A stretch of 64,000 nucleotides of DNA from Eledone cirrhosa (GCA_964016885.1 OZ024744.1:34906001-34970000), one strand, 5' to 3'. Shown: positions 12,951 through 28,073, counted from the stretch's first letter. The notes: generated from the letters alone by a model not told the origin. Translations and numbers: made by a program.

Positions 12951-15900
12951 CAAAGCGAAACCTACAGTCAGTAGGCACCTCTTACCAAAATACACACCCG
13001 TCCCACTACGCCTACCCCCACCGCCCTCTACACCACCCCTTTCGATGTAAAGCTATGTTGGTACCACAACATCCAGTCCTAAATAAATGAGGTCGTGTAG
13101 GTGTCACGACAAAAAAACACATAGTCCAGGCTGTAATGTGGCCGTGTAGGTAACACGGTAAAAACCTCCCAGTCCACACTGTAAACGTGGTTGGTGTTAG
13201 GAAGGGCATCCAGCCGTAGAAAACCCGCCAGACAGTCCTGAGCAAGACAACCAATCTTGCCTCAAGTGGGACAATTCGCGTCCAGACCCATGCTAACGTG
13301 GAAGATGGACGTTAAACGATGATGATGATGATGATTTAGAATTCATTTGGTCATCTGTTTATTGATACAATATTTTTTAATAGAGTGATTTTCAGCTCCT
13401 TTAAATTAGTACCCAAGTAAGAGACGGACATATTGAACCTAAAAACAAAGCAGTCTAAAAATGTTGTCTTTTGTATGAGTGTATACTGTATGTATGTATC
13501 CATATATGTGTGTATACATAGACGTGTGTATGCATATATGTGTGTACGCATATATATATGTATCCATATATTTGTGTATTCATATATGTGTATCTATATA
13601 TGTGTGTATTCATATATGTATGTATCTATGCATATATGTATATATCCATATATGCGTGTGTGTATCCATATATGTCTTTATACATATTTGTGTGTATGCA
13701 AATATGTGTGTATCCATATATATATGTATGTATCCATACATGTGTGTATTCATATATGTATGTATCCATATATATGTGTATCCATATATGTGTATATTCA
13801 TATATGTGTGTATGCATATATGTGTGTGTTTATGTATGTGTATCCACCAGTACAAGCACTGTGACATTAAAAATAAATATTGTGACAGGCCAAAGGCTAC
13901 ATTGTTTGGCATTCAAAATCAAATGGAAGTAATATAGGGTTTGAGAGGAGTCTCTACTTTGGCCCAGCATGTGAGAACCTCTCTAGTACTGATACCACAA
14001 TACAATGTTATCAGTATACCCTTGTATACTGTTAGTGTTGGTACCATGATAAATTGCACCAGGTCCACTCAGTAAATTGGTAGCACTAGTGTCTAAAAAA
14101 AGATGCAATCATATTGGTATCACAAAAAATGCATCCTGTAAGGTGTTTAACATCCAGTCATAGAAAACATGTCAATTATGGGACATAATGAGCAAGAATG
14201 GTTGCCTCAGCCTGCCTGCTCTTGCATAATGCCAACCTGTCAAACTATTGTCAGCATGGAAAGTGGATATAAAATGATGATGATATCTACATGTATGTGT
14301 GTTCATTTATGTGTGTATTGACTATAAATACATTCATATATGAATGTATTTATGTGTGTATCTATATATATATATTCTTTTATATATGTATATACTTATA
14401 TATATTTGTATTCATTGTATGTTTGTACTCATATATGTATCTATTCATATGTGTATTCATGTATGTGTGTATATGTACTTGTATGTGTTTGTTACTATAT
14501 TAATATATGTGTATTGATGTATGTCTGTTTATGTATGTGTCTAGTCATTTCTGTATATTGTTGTATGTGTTTGTTAACCTAAGTGTATATTTATGCAAGT
14601 ATGTGTATATTGATGTATATATGCATTCATATATCTGTGTATTGATGTATATGCGTATTCATATATATGTGTGTGTGTGTACTGATGTATATGCATATAA
14701 GTATGTGTTATGCACATAATGAAGAGAATTAACTCAAAGAGAAACAAAATGGTTGACTATTTGATATCACAGAGAACTTTCTATTTACTTTGTATGTGAT
14801 TTGCTTGGCTTAAAACACATACACATACAGTAACACACACATACACACATACACAATACATGAATATTCACCCATACACAAACACAAGTACACACATAAA
14901 CACATACACACACATGCACGTACACGTTGGTAGCATTCAGTTTTGAGAAATAATGGCATTTTGCACAACTGATCAGTCCCCTTTTCTCTCTATATATATG
15001 TATACAGAGAGTTAGAGAGGGAAAGTAAGGAGAATAGAGAAATAAGCAACCCCAGTACTGGACAGTTACGGTATTTTTTTATCGACTTCAAAAGGATAAA
15101 AGACATAGGTAACCTTGGTGGGATTTGAACAGAAACCAAAAATATTTCTCAAACAGTGTATAGAACGAACTTTACACCCACAGATATCATCTAAAATATT
15201 TTACAGTACTCACTACAAATACCTTCAAAATATACAACTGTATCAGCCATAATACAAAGAGAATTCTACTTCTTTATCACAACACATTTGGAAATTAAGG
15301 GATAACTAAACTAAAATTGTCCTCTATAACCTAGAACATCATTGGAATGATCAAAACTATATACTCTCATTGAGACTGAAAACTGAAGATATGTTTAAAT
15401 GAGATAATGAAATAATTACAAATAATACTAAATGAAATATTTGGGTTCTTATCCATCTGCCACTACAAAAGCCATTTCTTTGAAGATTTTCCTCCCAGAA
15501 AATGTTTAAAGTGTAAAAAAAAACCTTTATGTTTTCAAATCTAAATAGATTTAAATGTGAGAGAATGGCAGAGCTTGGATGAATTGAGGAAGAAATTAGG
15601 TTTAAGAAGGATCGGAAATGGTGTGCAAGAGAGAAGACTGTAATGGTATAGGAATGTGATATGCCAGGAAATCCCAGTGAAAGGGAGCCAAAGTACAGAC
15701 AGACTGAAGAAGATTTGGGCAGAGGTGGTGAGAGCTGACCTCAAATCATTGAGTCTCACAGAGGTGATGACGATGATGATGTAGTGCCCCTTTCCTATAT
15801 AGATATATATGTGTGTGTGTGTCATCATCATCATCGTTTAATATCCACTTTCCCTGCTAGCAAGGGTTGGACAGATCTACATAGACCAAGTCAGTACTGA

Positions 15901-16797
15901 AGTGGGGGCCACTGACCTCCCAGACTGGCCAGGGGAAGGGCCTGCATCTAATTTATGTAGTCATACATTCTATCAAGTACACAGAGATGCAGCTGAGATG
16001 TACCACCCAGTCAACGGTTTAAAGTTTCCCCACCATTTCCCCCTCCCTTTTTTTAAATTTAATTTTTCTTTCTCAAACTTCTTTATTTCTCTTTTTAACT
16101 TTTTTTCTTTTTTTCTCATTTTCCTCTCTTCCCTTTTATCTTTTTTTTTTATAATTTCATTATTGCATACTTTTGTTCATTTCTAAAGAAACAAAATTTT
16201 GGAATCGTATAGAACTTTGGAATTGTGGAATTGTATAGGCTTAGTGGTTAGAAAATTGGATTTGCAACCAAGAGGTTGCGAGTTCAAATCCCAGACCAGG
16301 TGATGTGTTATGTCCTTGAGCAAGATACTTTATTTCATGTTGCTCTTTCTGCCAGGAGTTGAGACTGGTAGATTGTATCAGCAATAGAAAAACCAATGGA
16401 AACATTGTTTCCATTTGATGAGTTCCACCCCACCTGATAAGTGAATGAGGTCAGGGGTCTGGTTGATTGATTCAATAGAACAAGGGATGCAGAATTAAAG
16501 TAGAAGGAACTTAGTGAAGTAAATAAGGAAAATATGAGATACTATGAGGAATTATAAGTACAATATGATATTAAATTAATAGAAGATATGAATGAAATTA
16601 GAATTACTTAATCTTAGTTATGGATAGTAAATTGGTGGTATTTATATGGACATTTCCTGCAAGAAATTACCAGATAATATACAGGCTTGGCTGTGCAGTT
16701 AAGAAGTTTGCTTTGAAAACCACTTTTCACCAGGTTTACCTTGTGAGCAAAACTTCATAGACAGAAACTGCGTAAAATTTGTTATTCAGACACATGC

Positions 16798-16878
<81 letters not shown>

Positions 16879-16971
16879 TGTGTGTGTGAATGCACAATCT
16901 AAGCCACATACAAAGTTGAAAACCGGAAGTAGCAATATTTAGGTGTTGAAGATAATAACTATAATATATAT

Positions 16972-17012
<41 letters not shown>

Positions 17013-17019
<7 letters not shown>

Positions 17020-20000
17020 TTCCCCCTCGTTATCGAGTGTGGCCATTGCACGAGGAGAAAAAGAAATATTAATAAATAAATAAAAAATAAAATAAAATTT
17101 AAAAATAGATATATATATATATGCACACATACATATACATATATACACATATATATATATACATACACACATATACATTAATAACAATAATAATAATAAT
17201 AACAACAATGATAATAACGACAACAACAACAATAACAATATACATATACATATATATATACACACACGCGCACACACATAAACATATCTATACACACACA
17301 CGATAGCAACTAACAGCGCTGCGATCGAATGTGGCTTTTTAGCCCAGCCAATGATCTAAAATGTCTTGCACAGAGTCGGCAACCAAAATATTCACTGGGA
17401 ATAGCCTGCTGTGGTTGGAGTTCATGTACTTTTGCATATCGCTTGAGCCCTCCTGCTGATTTACATTCTCTACCACATGTTTGGCAAGCATGATGAGTAG
17501 CATCTCCAACAGCAGCCTGGTAGTCAACCACTGGTCTTATTTTATGACTGCGAAGATGACTTTCGAGTCCAGCTTTGCTTAGGCAGAGTCTCGCACTGAC
17601 GCTGCATGTCAGCACCATAGGAGGACCCTCGCCGTCTGGAAGTGCAACAGCAATGCCATTCCTCACATCCCGCTTTACTTTCTCGTATGCGATTCGAGAT
17701 GCCTCAAAGGCAACTTTTCCCTCATATACAGTCTTTCTCCATTTATTACGATCAGCAGCAATATTTTCCCATGTATCAGCAGAGATGTTAGCGTCTTTCA
17801 AAGAGGCTTTCAAGGAATCCTTATACCTCTTTTTTGGTTTATGTGGCGGTCGTTTTCCTTTAATCAACTCTCCATAAAAGAGTTGTTTTGGTATTCTAGA
17901 ATCCTTCATCTTGGCAAGGTGACCACTCCAACGGAGTCATTGCTTAAGCACAAGAGCTTCTATACTGTCACACATAGAGCTTTCAAAAATCTCGACATCA
18001 CTGATGTGGTCCCTCCAGTGAACGCCATGGATCCGTCTGAGACACATCTGATGTTAACGTTCCAATTGCTTCAGGTGGTGTCGATATGTGACCCAGGTCT
18101 CGCAGGCATAAAGAAGAGAAGAGAGCACACATGCCTTGTACACCTTTACCTTTGTCTTCTTGCATATGTCTCGCCGACCCCAGAGTCGCCTTTCTAGCTT
18201 TCCGAAAGCATCACTTGCTTTCCTAATCCTAAGTGAGATTTCACTATCAAGGTTGCTGTATCGATTGACAGTGCTTCCCAGGTAGACAAACTGATCAACC
18301 ACTCCAAGTCGTTTACCATACACATAGATATTTGGTTCAGTGTACTGCTTACCAGGGGCAGGTTGGTACATGACGACGGTTTTCTTGAGACTGACAGTCA
18401 ATCCTAGGGCAGTGCAAGCGTCAGAAAATGCATTCAAAATGTGCTGCATATCACTCTCTGTGTGCGCTACAAGATCGCAATCATCTGCATACAAGAGGTC
18501 TCATGATTGATGTAAGTACTTTTGTCTTTGCAGCAAAGCGCCTGGTGTTAAATATGCTGCCTGAGGTTCGATATCGGATTTAAACACCATGCTCGCAATT
18601 CCTGAATGCCATACAGAAACCATTGCAAAGTATATGGCAAACAGGGTCGGTGCTAGAATATCCCCCTGATTCACCCCATTTTTTACTGAGATAGGCTCCG
18701 ACATGTTACCTCCGACATTAACCCAAGCCTTCATATCGTCGTGGAAAGACCTAACTAAAGCAAGGTACTTATCAGGGCAACCAAGTTTCTGGAGAACCTT
18801 CCATAATGCATCTCTGTTAACAGTATCAAAAGCTTTTGTCAGATCGACAAAAACCTGATACAGATCCAAACCTTATTCCATGCACTTCTCCTGGAGCTGT
18901 CTAGCTGAGCAGATCATATCAGTAGTGCCGCGTCCAGCACGAAAACCAGATTGACTTTCAGGAAGAACACAATCTGCAATGTGTGTCAGCAGACGGTCCA
19001 GAAGCACCTTACATAAACATTTCCCTACGACAGAAAGCAATGATATACCTCTGTAGTTCCCACAATCATTCCTGTTACTCTTTCCCTTGTACAAGACCAC
19101 CATTACTGCATCTCTCCAGTCCTCAGGTACGGATTCATTAGCCCATATCCTGCCAAACAAAGAGTGAAGATGTTGCAGGAGTCTCTCACCACCATATTGT
19201 AGGAGCTCAGCATGTATGCCATCCATACTTGGAGACCTTCCACTGTTCAGCTTCGAGATAGCCACTGCAACCTCCACAAGCGTCGGAGGTTCTGTGAGAG
19301 CTACTTTCACAAGACTTTCTGGAATGAGATTGAGGAAATCTTCACTGACGACAGACGGCTGATTCAAAAGATCATCAAAGTGCTCTCGCCACCTTCGTAG
19401 AATTCCTTGTGAGTCACGAAGAAGTTCTTTGTCATCCTTGCTGTGAAGCGGTGTCACCAAAGAAGATGGTCCATAAACCTCACGCAAGAGACTGTACAAC
19501 AGCTTTGTGTTATTGGAATCAGACGCAGTTTGTATCTCACCAGCCTTCACACTCCACCACTGATCCTTCATCTGAGAAAGACTCCGCCTAACACGTGATT
19601 TTACATCCCTGAGTTCCTCATGCAACGTATTCCTCTCCTGTGGTTTTGCCGTCAAGTAGCCTGACAGAGCACGCCTCTTATCAGCCAACAAGTCTTCTAT
19701 ATGTACATCATTCTCATTAAACCAGTCCTGATGTTTTCTCTGCACCAATCCCAGAACACGCCTGCCTACATCATAAACCGACTTTTTAAGGGTCGGCCAA
19801 TCCTCACCAAGATCTGCAGCCTGCATCTCTTCTTCCAATGTCCTCTTCACATTTTTATCCTTAAGACGAGCAGCATTCAATCTTTTGGGCAGGGCAACAC
19901 CAGGAGCCCGGATTTTACGTTTAGTGATTAGTTTCACTTTTGCGCGTACCAGGCGGTGGTCCATCCAGCACTCAGCTCCACGAAGTGCACGAACACACTG

Positions 20001-20850
20001 CACACCCTGACTGTCACGCATCCTGACTAGGACGTAGTCCAAAAGATGCCATTCCTTAGATGCAGGATGCATCCATGTGGTCTTGAATTTGTTCTTTTGT
20101 TGGAACATGGTGTTGGTAACACACAGATCCAGCTCCTCACACATCTGCAGCAAGAGCATACCATTGTTGTTACACTTTCCCACCCCATGCCTTCCGATTA
20201 CATTCCATGTGTTAAAATCCCTACCCACTCTAGCATTAAAGTCACCAAGCACGATGACTTTATCTGCCTGAGGGATATTTCTTAAAACACCTTTCAAGGC
20301 ATGGTAAAAGGACACTTTTTCTTCATCGACAGAATTCATAGTTGGAGCATACACACTCACCAGGGTAGCATATCTTCCTTTGTCCAGCGGAATTCTCATG
20401 GACATAAGACGCTCACTAATCCCTACTGGGAATTCTTCTAATTTATTCACAAGAACAGTCTTAATAGCAAATCCTACCCCAGCCTCTCTTCTGGTTCCTT
20501 CATCTCTTCCTTTCCAGAAGAATGTATATTCTCCACAAAATTCAGTAAGATGACCATCTCCAGCTAACCTCGTCTCAGATAAAGCCACGATGTCAAGATC
20601 GTAACGTCGAAGCTCCTTTGCAACAAGAGCGGTCCTTCGTTCAGGACGCTCCAAGGAATCCCTGTCAAGGAGCGTCCGTACGTTCCAGCAGCCAAGACTA
20701 AATGCCTTGTTTGGCTCTATTACAATGGCACGATGACGAGCGGGCCCAGGCTGTGATAACCTGGGGCCCCTGCCCTTATTGCCAATTATCTTTTTGTTCC
20801 AGAAACTAAATTGCCAATTATCTCTTTTATATTGTTCTGGAACATCATTG
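17013..20850 (-). mobile_element. RTE (BovB-like) LINE, near full length, with C-terminal C2H2 zinc fingers; frameshifted
   Basis: WNVRTL, ALSETR, VYAPT, GDFNARVG, NYRGISL, FVDLTKAFD, YADD. Three C2H2-like motifs in ORF 17310..17909. Confidence 0.92.
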
Positions 20851-20913
20851 AATTGGGAAAAAAAAAAAAAAAGTAATAATAATAGTAACAATAATAATAA
20901 TAATAATAATAAT

Positions 20914-23900
20914 GATTTCATTTATTAGCCATAAGGGCCGACATGTAGGGGACAATACAAAGACAGGGACAGTGGGGGTTTACAATAAGGTCGAGTAAAA
21001 GTGCACAATGGCAAGACTAATTTAACAATGAAAATAAAAACAATAAAATAAACTATGCATAAATATTACAAAATAAATTCCCTGATAGGGGTGGACGACC
21101 CTGGGGTGACTCGGGTACCCCACCAATCCTGAACCACCCTGCGCTTCTAGGGCACCCAGGGAGAGCACCCCTCTCCTCAAGTTAGCTAGCCTATAGGCGC
21201 ATAGTCAGAGTAGGCCCATTCACACGAGCCATTCTCGCCACATTCACCCACCTTTTAGCAAATGTACTGGGGGGGGGGGGGGCAGCACTTCTCTCTCCAC
21301 CCTCACCTTCCTTTCCAGGTGAAACTTGAAGAAGTTAATGAGGGATTGGCCGAAGAGAAAAGTCTCTGCCTTCAGTCCTTTTAACCTGGTCCAACCTCTT
21401 TCGCAACTGCCACCGGGCAGAGGAAAATTTCCTGCTCTTCCTGACCTAAGGAATGCGGTGGATCGATCTTCACTATGGACTCGGCCGATAGCCGGATTCG
21501 TTCGACACGTGACAGTAGCTGTTCGACATAACTCCACAAGTCAGTAATGCACGGACATTGGACAAGTGCGTGCAGAACGGTTTCGTCTTGGGCAGGTCCG
21601 TCTGACAGCACTTCCGTGCCTGTAGAGTTTATCCCGAACCGGCAGTGCCCCCCGGTAGCACTGCCAAGCGAGGGATTTCTGGAAATTGTCCATCGTCCCC
21701 GGCTCAAAAGTCCTCCGGTACAGACTGGTCAGTTCGACTTCGTCGAGGCCCATAGCTTCTCCGAGTGCGTCATCGCACTTTCCCACCACTAATCCTCTAT
21801 AGAATTCGAGAGTGTAAGTTCCACTGATCGCATTGCCCGCTTGGTAGAGGGCAGTGAGTGCCTGGCAACATTCCAGGTGCCAGTCACCCAGTCTCGGTCT
21901 CTTCTTGACCCAGGATTGCAGCTCAGTCAAAGAAATGAGCTGCGGAAAGGCCCGTCTGATAAACGGCGACCACACCTGTTCACCGTTGAGGCAGAATATC
22001 TGGAGATATCGCAACCTCAACACATGTCTGTGCATCATTAGCCACGGCATGGCAAGCTCTCCACGTAGAGGGTGCTGGCAGCAGGTGGACCGCCTCACCA
22101 ACGGAACTTGTCCTCTCCACGAGAATTTGAAGAGGAGCCGTTCCAACTTGACGAGGCGCGGACGGGGTCAAGGCACGACGGTCAGGCGGTAGTAGATGAC
22201 GGACGCGATGTATGCATTCGCCACCTCCGCGCGACCTTTCAGTGATAGCTTCCTCCCAGCCCATTTTGGGGTGAGACTGGCTACTCTGCTCGTTACCTCG
22301 TCCCAATGCTTTTCCACCTGGAGGTCTGGTCCGAACCAAACCCCGAGCAACTTTACCGGTCCGTCCGTCCAGCGCCCTACGACGCTGTTGGACGGCATGG
22401 GTTTGCCTCTCCAGGTTCCGAGCTGCAAGCCCACCGACTTTTCCGGGTTAAGTTTGGCTCCTGTCAACCTTTCATATTCCTTCAATAAGGTGCCGACCAC
22501 CTCGATTTCTGAGGTCTTCGACACCATCACGGTGATGTCGTCCGCATAAGCCAACACCGCCTTTCCACGTCCCGGTTCGAGCGGGATGCCCTGCAACAGC
22601 TCCAGCTTCCGCAGTAAAGGCTCGAAAGTCAATACGTACAGAAGGGAAGAGAGATGGCACCCTTGACGGACCGATCGGGAGAGCCGAAATGGTTCCGAGA
22701 AGTGGCCATTAACCTAGACCACCGAGCATGTGCCGCTGTGCATTGCAGCGATCCAGTTTCTGAAGACAGGGCCGAAGCCAGCTGCTCTGAGGACAAACTC
22801 CAGATACCGATGTTCGACCGTATCGAATGCTTTCAATTGATCTAAATTGATCAGTGCCCCACTGAAGCCAGGTTTACACCCTACCCTCTCTATGATGTAT
22901 CGCATGAGGTGGAGATTGTCGTGTATGGACCTGGCTGGGATTGCGCAAGTTTGCGCCTCCCCAACGAAATCCTCGACGACAAGCGCCAATCTCTTTGCTA
23001 ACACCTTGGCCAAAATCTTAAACTCTGTGTTGAGCAGAGTTATGGGCCTGAAGTTGTCTAATGTATCCCTCTTGTTCTCGTCTTTCCTTATCAGCGTCAT
23101 CACTCCTCTGCTCACAGAACTGGGAATACTCCCATTCTGCTGCCAGTTGCAGTAAAGTGCTTCGAGGAGTTCGGAGAACAAGTCTGGCATATTTACGTTA
23201 AGCTCGTAGGGTAGGCCATCCAAACCGGGTGACTTGCGCCTTATGCAGCCGACAAGGGCATCCTGAATTTCGGCTGAAGTAATCGGCCTTTCGCAGCGCT
23301 CAGCGTCGACCGTAGATATGCGCGGCAATCCGTCAAGGTAGGGACTGAAGTCCGCTACTCTCTCTGACTCGCCACTCTCCCCGAACAACCGAGCAAAGTG
23401 CTGGCGAAAGGCCTCACACATCCGCTTGGAATCGCTTATCTCGTGTCCGTCTCGGTCCGCCAAAGACTGAATCGTGGTTTTATTACCACGCTGCGCCTCC
23501 GCCACGCGGGCCCATCGAACAGCTTTGATTCCCTCGTTTCTCAGCGCACGCGCCTTAGCTCTGACAATGCAACCTTCGTGTTTGGCATTGAAGAAATGGT
23601 CTAATGCCATTCTCGCCGCTAGCACGTCATTTGCAACGCCACTACAAATAGCCTCGTCTAACTTATCTACCAATTCCCTTTCTTTTCTATTTTTCTCTAA
23701 CGCTAGTTCTTTGCTGAACTCTATCGAAGTTACTCTAATCTCTCTTTTGAGAGCCCCCACCATCTGTTGTTGATGATGCCCCCTGTCAACTTTTGCTTAA
23801 CTAAATTGTTGACACGGTCCCTGTAAGCCTTACGTGCCGGAAATGACATGTTCAACTTCCAGTAACCCGGTCCTAACCTACGCGGTTTATCTAGGTCGAC

Positions 23901-25860
23901 CATACAGATCACAAATTTGTGATCTGAATAGGCGACCGTTTTAAAAAGTGGGCAGCCCACACTATTTCTATCTATTTTCCTAATGAAGATCCTGTCTATA
24001 TACGATCTAGATGGCCCCATTCGGTTGGTCCATGTCCATACTGCCACATTGGGGAAATCTAGTCGATACCTGTCAGACAGTTGGAACTGGCTGAGTAGGT
24101 GCTTGAGGCTTTTGCACCCCCCGCTCCTATCAGCTACTCTCACACAATCCCAGCGTGCGTCTAAGATGCCATTCCAGTCCCCCGCTAACAGTAAAGGGCG
24201 AGACGTACCCAGAAAGGTCTCCAGGCGCCTAAAGAAGTCCGGTCGTCCGGCCCCTGTAGGGGCGTAGACGGCCAGCAGTCTAAAGGCACCACCTTCGCTA
24301 CTGCTCACATCCAAGACCACCAACTTACCGTCCGGGTCCCGGACGATCGACCTTGCCTCGAGATCCAGTCCTTTCCTAAACAGTACTGCCACCCCACCCC
24401 CCATTCCCGGCCTGCTAACAGATGCGAAGATCTGATAGTCGTCGAAAATGGGGGCTAGTGTGCGCGTGTCGGAAATTCTGATCTCGCTGACGGCAATCAC
24501 ATCCATTTCCAGCGACCTGAGGTCGTTGAGCAGGCGACCCTGCTTCCAGGGTGACCCCAGGCCGCGACCATTTAAACTACCTACTCTTAATATGGCCATA
24601 TTGGTAAGCTAAGAGAGAGAGGGAAGGTTTACTTACCTCCCGGGGTCTTGTGAAGGTCGGGTGGTTCGACCTCCATGGTTGGTGGGGTTTCTTTTGGGAA
24701 CCCCTTTAAAAGTCCCGATGTGGGTTTTACATTCGGAGTTCCCACGTCTTGAGGAAAGCTCTCTCGAATTTCTTTGAAGGAATTGAGTGACATTCGGACC
24801 AGAAGCAAATCTTCTGGCACGCAAAATGTGCTCATTTCAAAAATCTCCCCCTCTGTTTGAATGTCCTCGCTTCGTGCTAAGAGCGCCATCAGTTTATCGT
24901 TGGCCCTTCTGACAAGCACGAAGTTTTTAACATTCTGTTGGTGTGGTTTTATTTGTTTTCGTTTTGGTGACTGTTGTGGTGATGGTTTTGGTGGTGTTGT
25001 TTCGGGTATGTCTGTGTTTGTTGTAGGTGTGGTGTCTGCAATTTCAGGTATTTGTGTGTTTATTTGTACTTGTGTTTGTTTAGGTTGTTTGCGTTTCGGG
25101 GATTGTGGAGGTCATGTCGATGTTGCTGTTGGTGATGATGTTATTGGGGAAGTGTTTGCGTTACTGGTGTCTGTATTTTTTGTTGTGTATGTTTTTGTGT
25201 TTTGTTGGGGCTTTTTTGTGAGCTTTCTCTGTTTTTTTGCACTTTTGGGTTTTCCTTCATCTTCGCTGCTGGAAGACAAAGGGTCTGTGGCTGTGAGTGT
25301 CTCTGTGTCTGTGTGTGCGTTTATTGTTTTGTCTATGTGTATATTTGGGGGGGGGAGCTTTCCTCGTTTTCCCCTTGGATTGGTTTTGGTGTTGGTGGTG
25401 ATCCGGCTGTTTTTGATGTTGGTGTCCGTGTTTTTGTTGGTGTTGTTTTTGGTGGTGGTGGTGGTGGTGGTGCAGCTTTCCGTGCTGACACTGGCGTTGG
25501 CACAAAGGAGGTTTGCGACCCCCTGCATTTTTACGCTGAGGGCAGAAGGCTTGCAGATGCGTTACTTCCCCGCAGACGAAGCAGCGTGGCCTTCTTCCAT
25601 CAATGATTAGTTGGATTGTTGTCCCGTCCTGCAGGTGGGCAAAATCCGGGATGTTGTTCATGTCCTCCGGTTTCATTTGGAGAAGAATCTCCAAATCCAT
25701 TCCGGACCAGTCTTCTCTCTCTGTCCTTTTGATGTCCAGGAGGGTAGTGTCTGTCCACTTCTCGATTACGCATCCCAGCAGCCACCATATGTTCATTCCT
25801 GGTGGGATGCTGGGAATGCGGACCTTTACTGTCCTTTTACCCATGTAGGACGGATGCATG
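20914..25860 (-). mobile_element. Tx1/L1-clade LINE (ORF1 with CCHC knuckle, ORF2 APE-RT), broken, flanked by (TAA)n
   Basis: ORF1 CFVCGEVTHLQAFC. ORF2 SLNGRGL, VYAP, GDWNG, SDH, WKLN, SPGLDGLP, NFRPITLLN, YADD. Confidence 0.9.
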
Positions 25861-25908
<48 letters not shown>

Positions 25909-25909
<1 letters not shown>

Positions 25910-26204
25910 ACTATTAATAATTATTAATGCACTCGTGCAATGCCTGTGCGTGACGAATATTTTTAAAGTGAGGAAAGACTGAACCAATCCCACTCTCTGA
26001 GCGACAGTAGCTATAACCCGAAAAGAAGAAAAGATCAACATCATCGGTAGCTACTGAGCCGCAGGTTTTATGTCGGAGTTAACCCAGTTTCCTGAGATGC
26101 CTTCTCCTAGAAGAATGCCCTGACAAGGGCTAGGGGTTCTTCACTCCCAGTGGTTTAACTGCGCGGTCGGGTATCCAGCCCGACTATTTCTATGTCCCCG
26201 CGCA
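25909..26204 (-). mobile_element. Probable 5' UTR of the RTE at 17013-20850, displaced by the Tx1 insertion
   Basis: Contains an RTE-5'UTR-like motif (cttgtcagggca..ctaggagaagg...aaaacctgc). Homologous to 28755-28895, which precedes another RTE relic. Confidence 0.55.
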
Positions 26205-26618
26205 AAAAAAATAAAAAAACTCACTTATTGACACTTATACGTACGACATACACACACACACATATATATATATATTACCGTCATTACTGATACAAGATTA
26301 CAAGATTATGTCAACTGTTGACTTTCAAGAGTTTGTATAGTTGAAGCCGTTCGTATTACAGTCCAGTATTATTATAATTGCTTTACAGCATAGAGCTATG
26401 GCCCTCCACGCTCTGAGCTTAAATCCCGCCGAGGTCAACCTTGCCTTTCATCCTCACGGAGTCAACAAAAGAGAGTACCAGTAATGCGCTGGACCAGTCG
26501 CTGGATCCGTGCCAAAAGCAGAAAAATTGTTATTAAAGTTGTTTTCTTAAGGCCCGGTCGATGGTGATGGTGATGGCGGCGGTGGCGGTGGTGGTGGTGG
26601 CAGTTGATGTTGTTGTGT

Positions 26619-26656
<38 letters not shown>

Positions 26657-28029
26657 ATTATTTTGAGTTTTTTGTTTGTTTGTGTTTATTTTTGGAGGGG
26701 GGGAGGTTTATCGTTTGACGCCGCTGTTGTTGTAAATGTTCATTTCAATTCATTCTGAAGCTGTTGTTACTGTAAACATTAGTGCCGGTGTTGTTGTTGT
26801 TGTAGATGTTGGGGTTGAAATCTGGTCGTTTGACTGAGTGATGTATATACACACATATACATACATATATATATGTTGCTGGCCCGGGATGGAAACCTTT
26901 ATTGTTTATTTTGTGGTAGTCTCTTTAGTATTTTGGCCCCTTTTGTTGACCCGTCACCGTATCATTTACGTACTTATACCTCTTAAAAGGGTCCTTGCCT
27001 ATTTCGTCCCACCTAGTTCTTTTACTTATTTCGTTATTTATTTATTTATTTATTTATTTATTTCTTTACTTCTTTCTTTCTTTATTTATTTTATTCTAGC
27101 CTTACAATAGCCTGAGACCTAGGTCGTAGAATTTAATTTACTTTACTTTTTTCTTTACACTTATTTGCTTTTCTTCACTCTCAGTATTTTTTCTTTTCTT
27201 TCCTATATATTTCTACCCCCCATTGTTCTACCTACCGTTCCGACTTCCTCCCCCCCCCCCTCCCCTGTATCTTCTTTGACCTCATGCCCAGCTGTAGCTG
27301 GCACTACCAACGCTTGATTGGGTCTACTCCACCCCCTCCCCTCTTTCTCCTACTGGCAGGTTTAGCCACCATCTCCCCTACTAATTTGCAACCACAGAAT
27401 TACTACTGATTTTTGACAATCACTTTGACCATATATGGAATTACCCCTTGAGAAAATCGGCTATTTAAATACCAGGATAAATTTTCATTTAGTCCAGAAT
27501 TAGCCGTCGAAACGGCTTGAGCTCAGCTGTCGGGGTCTTACTGGTTCCTATTACCCACTCTAGTATTGAGTACTTTGGTGCGTTATGGTCCACCTGGTTC
27601 CTTACCACATTTCCTTCGTTATATATATATATATATATACATTCAACAGAGAGTAGAGAGTTTGACAACAGGTCGATGACTTTAGTCTAGATAGGGTAAT
27701 GACATGTGATGGTGGGGAGAGAGTGTAGACGTTATTGTGGTGGCGGGGGACAGTGCGATGTATCTAGTTCATTTGTCCGTTTTCTTCTCATTGCAAAATT
27801 TGAATTTTAGCCATGTTATATTGAGATGTAAGTAAATGTAAAAGATATAAATAAGGATTGCTCTGCTAAAATATACTAAAATATTTGTGTAACTTCCACA
27901 AACTTCTGTCGTGACATTCCTGAGTCCAGTGACCAACAATTTGTTGTATTTTGATGTTTCAGAATACAAAAATTAATTAAAAACTTACCCCACGAAAAGA
28001 CAGTGTGTTGTCCTATCTATAAGCTCCCT

Positions 28030-28073
<44 letters not shown>

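Noticed and set aside
13433-14719. Numerous Tyr/Ile/Cys/Val-rich ORFs here and elsewhere
   Set aside because: Translations of (TA)n, (TG)n and (TATG)n microsatellites.
16236-16345. tRNA-like sequence
   Set aside because: A and B boxes run into gtccttgagcaag SINE body with no acceptor stem, so it is a SINE head.
26100-26204. HDV-like ribozyme at the RTE 5' end
   Set aside because: Only a simple hairpin (gtcggg/cccgac) is visible. I could not assign the nested double pseudoknot.
26880-27620. Possible 5' end/ORF1 of another L1/Tx1 element
   Set aside because: Composition is suggestive, but no clear motif can be read.
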